Below, one piece after another: positions 1 to 11,900 of a DNA stretch of 64,000 bases. This stretch comes from Paragordius varius (Eukaryota; Animalia; Nematomorpha). The first letter of the stretch is position 1. Every line of letters starts with the position of its first letter. The notes below the pieces were generated by a model. The model saw only the letters and a program-made list of their open reading frames with translations. It had not been told where the DNA came from and searched no databases. The stretch spans positions 7,068,001-7,132,000 of the forward strand of contig OZ176056.1 of NCBI GenBank assembly GCA_964247055.1, in the 5' to 3' direction. Position numbers and translations under genes: made by a program.

Positions 1-55
1 AATACAAATATATTTGGCCAACGAGATAAAAAGCTACATTTAATTAAGCAAAACT

Positions 56-330
56 TAGGGGGCATCCGATCAAAATAGCGAAATTTTTAAATAAGAGCTT
101 ATATATTTTTATTTGTACTTAAATTTCCTAATTGTCACTGTTATAATAATATTTTATTATATATTTATTATTTTTATTGATTTTGGATATGGAAAAAAAT
201 ATTCCTGTCGATATATGTTAAATAACATTCAATCTTCTCCAAAAGTCAGCTAAATGGAAATAATAATTAAATTTTGGCGGCCAATTATAATAGGTATGTA
301 TGCGGCTTTGTCGCAAACCGGACACCCCTG
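56..330. mobile_element. hAT-type MITE in neprilysin intron
   Basis: Right end GGACACCCCTG (320-330, rc CAGGGGTGTCC); degenerate left end TAGGGGGCATCC at 56. The same terminus recurs near 32951. No clean TSD. Confidence 0.45.
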
Positions 331-366
331 ATACAAGTCAAAAATAAGTTTGTGTAAAAGTATTAC

Positions 367-2044
367 AAAATCATATTGTTGATTAAGTTCTCGCAGAGTC
401 ATTCGATTATACACTTCATCCAAATTGTTGACGTCCGTCATTGCTGGAGTAAACTAGATGTAAACAATTATATTATTTATATTTAAATTGTATGTATATT
501 GACATAGAATAAAGCGTTAAGTTTAAGCTTCTTTAACACAAATAACGTACGTTAGCTATTTTAGTTTCAAACACAAGCACATTCGTCATAGTTTGCACTA
601 GTAATCGGTAGTAATCCAAATAAGATGATCGTAAGAAGCTTAATGGATCTTGTTTTGCTTGGAGAGTAGGGTTATCAATATCCAATATATCTATCATCTC
701 AATGTTACTTAGGTAATTGTTGCTGTTGATTATAGTATCAGCCATAGATAAAGGGTTTCCGCCCTTTGTTTTAGAAGAAGTGGTATTATTATATTTTCTG
801 CCTTTAGCCTCCGGTAATTTAGTTTCTTCCTCCATTTGTGTCAACATAACTCGACCAATCCGTTTATAGATGGTTTCTATATATGATTGCGGCTCGGTTT
901 TTTGTAGCTTTTGAGTATCGGCCCTTAAAGACGCATAAAAGTTTTCGATAAATTTTTTATCCTCCAAATGAGTCTGATAATGATGTAAACCCCAATAGTT
1001 ATGACTGTTACTGTTTCGCATCAGAATACGATTATATTTTATGCGCTGTTGTCGGATAAATTTCTCATGTAATTTTTTTGATTTCTTTGATCCTGTTTCT
1101 TTATTATCAAACTGAAGCTTATCATTTGGATTCTGTCTCAGGGATGCCTTTTCAGTTTGTGATAACACAGTTTTTTGTTTTGATAAGGATGATTGATTGT
1201 TTTCTTCAAGTGTGGCTTCAAAAGATTGGAGTAAATCTAGCAATATCTCTCTAATTCTAATCTCCTTTTCCAATTTTTCGACTATGACCAATCCCAAGTT
1301 TGTCATATACCTCGTATAAGCCAGTATCAGTTGAAGGTTTATGGGTGAACCAGTAACATTCAAATAAAATTCACGATTACCTAAACTCAAGCGTCCGGTA
1401 TCAAGGAATATGGCATTATAACTGGAATTTTTATCATCATCCGCAATGTAAACGGAAAAGAGAAGCGATAAATCTAAATCAACTGTCAAACGTTCCATCC
1501 AATCCTGAAAATCCCAATTTTCCGGTAACAAACTATTCAGAATGGTTGTTTCTATACATAAATATAAATTTGTTTATATATGTATCAAAGCGAGTGTGTG
1601 GTTTTTTAAAATAAACAGGGCTATAGCATAATTTGTTTATGGTAATTTCCTTGCACCATTGCGATTTTAAAAATATGCCCTAGTTAATCGTATAAAGTTG
1701 ATACATGCCCTCATAATAAACCAAAACCAATAATATTATCATATGAATATTTAATCAATTTACTAATTTTTTATGTATATACGTAAAATAATTTTAAATA
1801 ACATATATTATTAGAAATATTCAAAGGGTCATGATGCGGATATTAACCCGTATTCTCGTTTGATCGAGGGTGTTCACTATTGAAATGGTTAATTCAAAGT
1901 ATTTCTAAAGATATTAACCTTGTTTTAGAATGTGGTCAAAAATTGCATTATCAGTTGAGGTATGAGTGGATGATTCAATTAACGTTTTATTTATTGGAGT
2001 CCTTAACTTTGATAAGTTCCAATGCCCATATTTCTCTGTGAAGT

Positions 2045-2104
<60 letters not shown>

Positions 2105-3494
2105 ATGAAAAATACAAAATTAATATATTAATGTGATGATTATTAAAAAATTACCCAATAAATCTAGTTATATATATACATATATATATATATACATATA
2201 TATATATACATATATAATGAATTAATATGATGATTAGTAAAAAAAATACCCAATAAATCTATCAACGGAGCCCCGTCCAAAATCTCAATATTTTCTTCCT
2301 CATCCACGCAAGATCGATAATATGTCTGAGCATTTTTTTCGGCTTTGGTATCAAAGTTCTTAGTATCCTCTATAATAAAATTTCTTTTAGTTAAAAGTCT
2401 CTTTAAATAATTTTTATATAATTCATATCATATATACATTTATCATTTTTAACATAATATCATACCTAATAATTCTCGTAATATTAATTGATTTTTTTGG
2501 TAAAGTGAAAGAAAATGGTTCCAAGCCGTCCTTCCATCTGGTATATTATTCTTTTCAATCCAGCCACCACAGGCATATTCATAAAAATCTTCACATGGAT
2601 TCGCTGTAAGATTCATTGAATTTAACAATCGGGCTGAAATGGTAATGCATTGGGGCGTTAGACATACTAGGTGTTTGATTGAATAAAATTTTAAATTTAC
2701 AGCATTAAGTCCGACAGAAAATTAACAAAATATTTTTATATTCAATTTTAACCTTACCTTTTCAAATTTACCACATTACATTTTTACCGTTTTATTTTTA
2801 CATTCGACAAAGATTAGTAGTAAAATAATTCCAATTAGTATTAATATAATAATCTTTATTAAAAGATTTATAAAAAATATATTAAATAAGAGTTAATATT
2901 TAAATTATTTCAATAACGAATATTTTAAAAAAAGTACCTAACTATGAATTAACCAATTAACTGTTATACACATTAAGGTGGTCTCAAACAAAAAAACAAT
3001 CGGTAAATTATAATATAATCAATGTTAATAATACATGATACCATTTTCATCGGCTTTAATGAGAGTATTCGGTTTTGATCCATCGTTCCCACGTGTCACA
3101 TCGTTAGGAGTGTTTGAATTTGATTCGATACCATTTTCATTAGGCGATGTTCCAACCTGTATGGTATTTGGTTTTCTGAAATTCTCCTCTTTCACTTGAC
3201 CGTCCTTAAAATCTACCCTATCCGGATCCAAAATGACAAGCAGACCCGTTTTTGGTAAGCGTTTAAGCTGTATTATATCAATCTCTGATTTATCCAAGAT
3301 GATATCTTTACTATCTCGTTTAATTCTTCGTTTTCGTTTTGCCACAGTCGAGCAATTTTGCAGTGGTGTTTTAAACAGAAATTTTAACGGATTATCTTTG
3401 TATGTTTTGACCTGGTCTTCCATATGAATAAGGGTATGGCTAATTTGATTATTGGTAGTAATAAAGTGATGGTTCGATTCATACGGACTTTCCA
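367..3494 (-). CDS. Neprilysin/M13 zinc metallopeptidase, partial (N-terminal domain; TM exon not found; catalytic half lies off the left edge)
   Basis: Phase-consistent GT-AG exons 3494-3042, 2666-2466, 2369-2250, 2035-1919, 1551-551, 453-367. They encode M13 hallmarks VCLTPQC, NPCEDFYEYACGGW, YRSCVDE, APLIDLLEKYGHW, LFSVYIADDDKNSS, VLVFETKIAN and VYNRMTLREL. Confidence 0.9.
2043..2262. repeat. Tandem duplication of a (TA)n-containing intron plus the last bases of the upstream exon
   Basis: Two units, each GTTA(TA)n...ATAATGA...TGATGATTA...TACCCAATAAATCTA, at ~2043-2166 and ~2167-2261. Confidence 0.8.
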
Positions 3495-5088
3495 CTATAA
3501 TTTTATTTAATTTAGACTTGTATTTTTAAAAAATATATATTTAATATTGCATCCATGGCACATTAACCCACGAAATATATTTAGCATATTTAAAAATAAA
3601 TATTGAATATATACAATATAATTTAAAATTATCATACTTTTAGCTGCCCATATACTTTTCAACGAATATAGCATATAAAATAATTGTAGAAAGTCTAGAA
3701 AGTTTTTCATTTTAATTTGGAAAAGGAAGTTTTTTTTGCCAAATTATTAAAAAGATAAAATATTGGGAGAAAAACGGCTAAAATAATCAAATAATCATTT
3801 AACCTCAAAACCTCAAATGGGATCATTTAATCAATTCAAAATTGTTTTCACTTTTTTCCGCATTTTCGATTGGTATAGGAAGCAGGAAGATCATATTTCA
3901 TAGGAATTTCGTTTATGATTAGATACAGGTTACCGTGTCAATTTATTTTTTGAACAATAAAAATACAAGTCCCATAACTACAATGTTTGGATTGAATTAA
4001 TTAATATGAAAAATGGTTGGTTCCGGATTCACTTATCTAATATTTTGAATAATTTTTGGCAATCTTTTTAAAACAAAGTAAATAAAAATATAGAAAAATT
4101 AAATATTTAATATGTAGAAAATTAAATAAAAAAATTGGCAATTTGCCGGTCATGTTTTTGGGAAAGGTGGGGGGTTTAAATTTTAATTTAATAAATAAAA
4201 TAGTATTGTTTTAGGGTTTTTAGCAGGCTTTCGAAATTAAAGTCTATCAAACCGAAATTTTAACATTCTTGACTATAACTAGCTGCCTCCTATGAAAGCA
4301 TTTTATATAATAATATCAATAGAACATTAATATAATTAAAAAAATTATTAGCTCATCTAGACATTTATTTAATAAACAGGACCTATTCATGAAATTAATC
4401 ATGCTGATCATGCACTTTTGCGATTTTTAAATAAAGCCCTAATTTTTATTGGAATCGTTCTGAGTTGAGAATCTTCCCAGTATGTGAGTATTATGAAAAC
4501 TATTTTTTGCTTAAAATCATAAAAAAATAGTTTTAATCATATCTTATTTTTAAATTATGTGTAGAGTTTTTGAAAAAGCGATCAATTAAATGAAGCTATT
4601 TTTATCAAAAATCAAACGGGTTAATCTTATAATATTTTGGTATACAACGCAGTTTTTTTAGATAAAACAATTAATTGAACATTTTAAATTTAATAATGCC
4701 ATTAAAATGATTTTTGTATTTTAACATAAATATTTTTGCATTTTAAACGTCACTCTATATAAGCCGGTTCAAAACCTATTGATTTGCAAAGTTTTAGCGA
4801 TTTTATACATTAATGAAAATATTATACAGTAAAATCCTAAACAAAACTGACTGCTATGGTTTTTTAGTACTATGCAATGTGACCTCAAATCATATTTTTG
4901 ATCTAAAATTACGAATACTATGATATATAAATGAATATAAAATATTTTCAAAAATATCTATTAAAATAGTTATGAAGTTTCCGGTTTACGACCGTAATTT
5001 TGAAATGTTTTTATATGGGGAAAATAGTTGTTTCACTATATATGGGTGGGTAAGATGTTAATGCACACCACCAAATCTTGGTCTACAT

Positions 5089-5317
5089 CAGGATTGTTTA
5101 ACACAACTAGCTTCGTGGGCCGGCTTAACTCAGAAATTCCGGCGAACAGAATCTTCGCTTATTCATCGCCAAAATTTAGAAGGAAACATGCAGAAAATTA
5201 ATTCAAAAATATCAATTATATTTCGTAAATAGTCTTTTTCAATTGTATTTTGCATGTATTTTTTGAAACTTTTCGCGGACTGTAAAATTTTTTGGAGGAC
5301 CATGTGTTGAACACCCG
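5089..5317. mobile_element. hAT-type MITE with 8-bp TSD
   Basis: TSD GTCTACAT at 5081-5088 and 5318-5325; imperfect TIRs CAGGATTGTTTAACAC / GTGTTGAACACCCG. Confidence 0.8.
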
Positions 5318-6459
5318 GTCTACATGGCCAACATTGTTTTATACTTATGGGTAATTGTATTTGCAACCCAGGTTTTCCAAAAATATAGAAACTAAAAAAT
5401 GTCTTTATATGATTGGAGCATTCATTAATATCCATTATCACTTTCAAATGTGCTTCCTTCCAAAAAAATGGGTCCATTTTTATATTATAAATCATGCTGT
5501 TTAATTTTCTTTATTTTTCCCATAAATTAAAACATGTAAACGTCCAAAGTAATTTTTAGTTAAATGATTGTATATTAATATAACCAAAAATTAAATTAAG
5601 GTGCTAGATCACACTTAATTATTGGATCAATTACTCTGCATAATTAAGTCAAAGTGATTGCAAATGTTTTGGTCAAATAACACTCACTTTGCGCGAAAAT
5701 CCGATATAGTGTAACACAATTTTGATGCTATTAGTTGTGTTTGATTAATGATTAAAACTACTTTTGTGGTAGCTATATAACGCTTGTATCGTAAGGTAAA
5801 CGCTTCATTTTTAAAATTATTATCAAAATTTAATCATAAATGATTAAAAAGCAAAGCAATTTTTATATTAAATTTTATTATAGATGTGGGCTCAAAAATC
5901 TCGTTTTTGCACATCTAAACTAAGCCAGTTTCCCTAACGCAAAAATGCCGCAACGATAACTATTAATTACTACATTTATATCAACAAAAATATTTCTAAA
6001 AAAGAATACTTTGTTGAACCGTAAATTATATTATTAAGCTAGGTCGAAACGGTAAAAAATGTTTTATAAACAATTTTTCTATTAATTCACGATGCTGCCA
6101 TCGCCCATACATTTATTTATAGAAAGAGTCGTCCGTTTTTAAATTAATATAGATTTTAAACATTTATTTATTTAAAGGCAAATACACCATTTAATCTAAA
6201 ATGTAACAGAAATTTATTAACATTAATCTAAAAAAGGGGTTAATATCTTTAAATTTTTTTATAGTCTCACCACCATTTTTCAGAATACCCATTTTTTCTG
6301 ATATTAATGCTTTAATATGCTTTCGATATAGAATTAACATTAATTTTAGCGTTAGAATCTAAAAAGAGAGGATATTTTTCCAAAATGTTGCGTAAAATGT
6401 TTATCTATTAGACTTTTCGAAATCCGGCGTCATAAAAAGACACTAAAACATTTATACAC

Positions 6460-7500
6460 AGTGCACACAAAAAATACCTGCTGCAATATATTTTGTGATA
6501 AAATAATTGACCAGACATTTCATAGTGCTTTAGGTTTTGGACTTTACGAGTCATATAGGAAACATATTTATGTTTTTGTGAAAGCTGCGCTATATCAAAA
6601 AAGCAAAATCAGCCCACATTATGATTAATAAATTTTTTGGTTAAATCTGACGCTTTGCCAAAAAAATATTATTAAAGTATATCATAAATTTACACTTCTA
6701 ATGCAACAATCCAGGGATATTCACAAGTCATTAACGGTTTCACTAAAACTAAAAAGACAAAAGTAAAGTCCGCCAAAAACTGTCTTTTTTATCATTGAGA
6801 AATAATGTGGATTTGTACCGAAAAACAACGTTTGCCGCATGCATTGGTTTTCATATTTTTTCGGAAGAAAAAGACTGTTGAAAATCATCGTTTGCTGATA
6901 ATGATGAGCATGCTCCATGGATTAAAATAATCATGGTTTCAAAATATACATTTTTTGTAAAAGAGCAGACCATACATATGCGAAGACCATAAACAAGAGT
7001 TATTGGTTGACTCAATTCCATCGGCAATTAAAAGAAACATTACATGCCGCAAAACAATGGAGAGGGAAATATTAATGAACTGGGCCTCGTGAGCGGCAAA
7101 TAAAAAATCGTAAGTGATTTGTAAATCCTGCTTTGACATTCGAAAAGACATCATTACATCAAATTTGAATGGTGATGAGAAGTGGTTTTAATTGTTGGAA
7201 ACACCAAAAGTTAAAAGACAACATATTTTGATTGGTGGAAAAATTATTTGATTGTTGAAAATATATGTTTGATTTTTGGAAATACAATGCGGAAAAATCT
7301 AAGCCTTCCCCTGGCCTAAAGGATTAGCAACCATGGATTATAAAAAATGTCCAGAATGGCCAAAACTGAAAAATGATTTTGCTATATGACAATGCTCCGT
7401 TTCACATAACAAAATTAGTGAAAGACACCTTAAAATTGCTTAAATCGGATTTTCCCCCGCATCCGCTGTACTCTTGTGGCCTAGCGACATTTAATGTGTA
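6460..7500 (+). mobile_element. Degenerate mariner transposon
   Basis: Relic motifs NGDEKWF (TGDEKW-like, ~7168-7188), LLYDNAPFH (HDNARPH-like, ~7380-7405) and HPLYSCGLA (HPPYSPDLA-like, ~7460-7487); many stops and frameshifts; boundaries approximate. Confidence 0.75.
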
Positions 7501-8951
7501 AAAATAGATGGACGATTGTTAGAATAAATACTAAATAACCCTTCAAAAGATGTTTTTTGTCAAAAAACCGGTAAAGACATATAGTTACACCTCATCAAAA
7601 AGAATTAGAGGATGAAAGCCTTAATTTTAATCCTATAAAATGGTCTAGTTTTTTAAAAATAAACGCAACGCCGAGTTTGAGCAAAATGAAAAACGTATCA
7701 TTGATGGTGCTTTTTATTTCGGGGCTTATGTGTCCTTTAATAAAGTTAGGAACACTTTTAATTTATCCATATCGAAAAGCCAAAATTTAGCTTATATCAT
7801 AATAAATTTTTTTGCTGGTATAAAAAATATTTTTATGTTGTAAAACTGGCTCCAAAAGTATTTTGGAAAGGCTAGGATAAACACAATTTGTTTTTTAAAA
7901 CATTATCAATTTAAATAAAAAGTATTACTACTCAGGTAAATAAATAAAGTTATTATCTATAAAAAAAATAGATGTTTGCTAGGAATGAAATAATGAACAC
8001 ACATTAAAAAATATTTTGGAGTATCCCCTTATCTCCCTATTAATACTTGCGATCTTAATATGCGCTACATATTTTTTTAAATATTATTATACCAGGGATA
8101 TAAATTGGCAATTTTTTCCGTTAATCAGCTATGTTTCCATAATACAAAAATATTTCACGGATTAAATTCATTATCATTGTTTTGGAGATGTTTAAAACTA
8201 CGAGGTTGAAATAATTGTGAAAGTAAATAGCCGTGGATCATTATTTTATTATACTTAACCAATACTTACAAAATTGTAAAACCGTTTATGGTTTTAAAAA
8301 TAATGGTTTCGGTTTCACAAAAAAGAATTTATGTGAAATATAAATACACAGGATGAATATTCCCTGAGAAATAAAAAACGAATAAAATCATTAATTATTC
8401 ACTTTGAAACTCAATGTGAGCAGAATGAAAATATAAAAACAATTTTAAAGCTATGTTATTTTTAATATAATACCCTAAATAAATAAAAATTAAATATACA
8501 TCACATAAATAGGACTAATTAAATCGGGGCTAATATATGGTATTGTTGCATATCACAAATTTTTGTGTGTTTTATAGTATTATTTAGTAATTGACATAGT
8601 TTGATATTTGTGAGAGAATTACATAAGATATAAAAACACTTTCAAAAAGGGTAATTTCCAAATTATTAAGCAAATAATTTTATGTAATCCAACAATGAGT
8701 ATCTATAAAAAAATTATAAGTATTGTAGGCAATTTATAAATATATATATTATAAAAGTATGATAAAAACAATATGATGAGAATCCAATTGAAAAGCGCAT
8801 TATGAGTTAGAAAGCTAATTATTTATAGTGCAACTTAGAACAATTAAAAACATTCATTAATTTATAGTTATAGCTTAGCTTCAATATCTGTATTAGCGTT
8901 ATTTGCAACTGAATTTTGGGTTTGGTTGGCTGATGTACAGCTAAGTGAATT

Positions 8952-11900
8952 TTAATCATTAAGTACAATAGTATTGTGGTTTATTAGCTGATTTGTTGGA
9001 GAATCTTCAAAGGGAATCGCAATGTGTTGTAAAGGCGGAGATGGAGATTCTATGGTATGCATTTTTGTGGTTATTAAAGGTTCAACATTTTGGGTGTAAG
9101 TTGTATCTAACACAGATTTAGAGTCTGTATTTGAGGGTAATAATCGTTGAGTATCTGAATTAGTTTGGAAATGATGTAGATCATACAAAACGGGTTGCCG
9201 TATCGAGTTGGCAAGATCTTTGGTGCCACATGAAACGGTTGAATAGCCACAAAGTGAATGCCTGGAGCTTAATGGCCTTAAGGATTTTGAATGGTGCGGT
9301 TCTAAATCTCCACCATTCTCTTGATCACCAAAAAGGTAATTACTAAATTTACGCATTTGATTACGAGCAAAATGATCAACGTCCTCTATCAAATTAGTAG
9401 GTTTGAATGTGGTTGGATCAGGTATATTGTCGGGATGATTCATAGGCAATGAATTATTTTCCGCTTCGCTGGCATTTGGATTGATACTTTGGTTGGCTAT
9501 GATAGAATAGTCAAAGGGCTGATGTTTAGGTAAGGCAGTTAATCCGAATTGTCTTTGGCTTGTTGTGGCAAAAAGGGTTGGTATACTTAATTTGGTATGT
9601 AAAAAGGATTGGAGACGTGAAGGTAAATTTTTTGCTTCAGAATAGAGTGAATTTGTATGACTAATTTTGGAATTCGACGTCGTAAGATTCAGCAATGAAT
9701 GTCGCGACATGTCAGGCTTTTTCCGTCTTCTGTGGAAACGATTATGCAATCTGTCCTTTATATTTTTATGCCGTTTGCTTATTTCATTGTTTTGGATAAT
9801 TTCGTTTGCAGTTGGCTCACCTGGTATCAGATAATTATCCTTAACTACGTATAACTCTGGCCGTTCTTTTTCCTCCCACCATTCGTTGTCCAAATCATTC
9901 TTCTGTATGATGTCGGATGCTGGTAGATGTTGATTGTCCACAGCGTTCGGAATTTTAGGGGGTGAAATTTTGCTAGGAGATGAATGCCTCCGATCTCTAG
10001 ACTCTTCTAAATCAAAGTTTGCATCATCCAATATATTAATGTTATTATAGTGTGGTTGTAGGTAAGAGATATTATCGTTGGAATCACTGTTCAAATTTTT
10101 ATCCCATACATCGTTTTCTGCGTTATGATCGTATATCGATACGTTTTCAGAATGTGATTGCGTGTTTGGCAATGATTTATGATATCTACGAGCTGTGTTT
10201 TCCCACGTAAAACGGTTTTCCGCGGAATTATCTGTCATTAACATGTTATCATATAATAAATCATTGTTCATCCAATGTGATTTAGCTTTTGAAGCTACTT
10301 TCAAGTTGTACGGTGATAATTCATTGAAACTATTTATATATGGAAATAGGGAACTATTAGGTTGACATAATGAAGCATACCTTTTAGCGTTTCGCTTAAT
10401 GCGGGAAGTACCGTAATTGTGCCTCGTTTGATCACTAATTATAGAAGGGGACGTAGTCATTGTCGACTTATTAAATGATAATCGTGTGTTATCTTTTCCA
10501 TAAGGCAATTCAATATGTGATTTACCAATCTTCAAAAAGGATTTTCGTTTTGCCCTGGGCGGATGACTTGCATTAGCTTTCGATACTATTTCACTTTTTT
10601 TATAAATTTTATCATCGTTCAAATCCAAATTTTGTATGAAATTATTTAAAGCTTCGGTATATGTTTGGCCATTAGCAGCAGTTAGAGTATCCTGATTTTC
10701 TGCATGTGGATCAGTGCAGGATGATGAGTCTTTTGAGGCGAAACTTGATGCCTTTTTTATTCTAGATTCGCTATCAACATTATTGTAAACTGTTTGTTCT
10801 AAATCTAGTTTGGGATCATCTCCCCTAGATTCTAGAAAAAAGGGAGAATCCATAGGCAATAAATTAAATTCCTTGAGATCCAGATTTTCATCGTTTAATT
10901 GCCTAAAAATATTTAAAAAATATGTGATGTAATTTTTGATGTATGAATATAAATAATAGCATACTTTGCGTTATTTTTAGATGAGTCGGATATGTTTGTG
11001 ATATCAGAAGATGTTAAAACTTTCGGAGGATATTTTTCTAAAATAATGTATGCATATTTTTAAATTTTTATATAAGATTTAATTTTTAATATTTTTCGCA
11101 ATGTTAATATATACCATTTGTTATAGGGTCTATTTCTTCGTCATCTCCATCAAAATCGTATGCTGTATTCATCACGTGACTATATAGACTTTCCGAATCA
11201 TCCGCACCGAATGGGGTCATCTTATCTATTATTTTGGATTAAACCATATCCATTTCCCAATGATATATATCAAAACTAAAACAACCATTGAACCACTTAA
11301 ATTGATATATACGGATTTTCAACCGTGTTACAATGTAGAATAAAATGCATAAAGTTTTTTCTTTGATAATAATCGCATAAAACAAAACAAAGATAAGTTT
11401 CGAATGATTGGTCATGTAAAGCGGCGATCAATCGATCATCAAATCAAAACATTGATTATAACCTTAAACGCCGTAAACTACAAAGGCATACCTTGATAAT
11501 ATCAAATGGAATTCGATACCTGTACCTAGGAAATGCAATAGACATTGGCCAACTTCAATTATGAAACCAAACGTCAAATAAAATAAAGCATAATCTAAAA
11601 TAATGTACACAAGAACCAAGTCTTTCGACTGTTAATGTATAATTTTGTGGTATATTTGAACTATATACATTATTTACGTAGTTTGAAAGAAAAATATAGA
11701 TTATATTATAATTTTAATTGGTATACTTTTAACTCGATTCTTACGAGGAGAACGGAAAATATTGGTTCCAAAGGATTTTGAAACATTCTTGTTTTTAAAT
11801 ATCGAGCCGGAATCAGATGCTTCATCTTCGTCATCAGCGCAACTAAAATTATCTAAATCAACATTTTCATTGAACAAATTTTGCGAAAATAATTATATAC

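Noticed and set aside
180-250. Next neprilysin exon
   Set aside because: The phase-0 reading hits TGA after six codons and the region lies within a hAT-like MITE.
3830-4951. Signal/TM exon of the neprilysin
   Set aside because: Candidate AG/GT pairs at ~3850-3980 and ~4775-4900 give stops or phase mismatch with the 3494 acceptor.
8952-10859. 635-aa ORF as a stand-alone novel gene
   Set aside because: Starts at TTG; the frame extends to an AG acceptor at 10903-10904 that is phase-matched to the upstream bestrophin exon chain.
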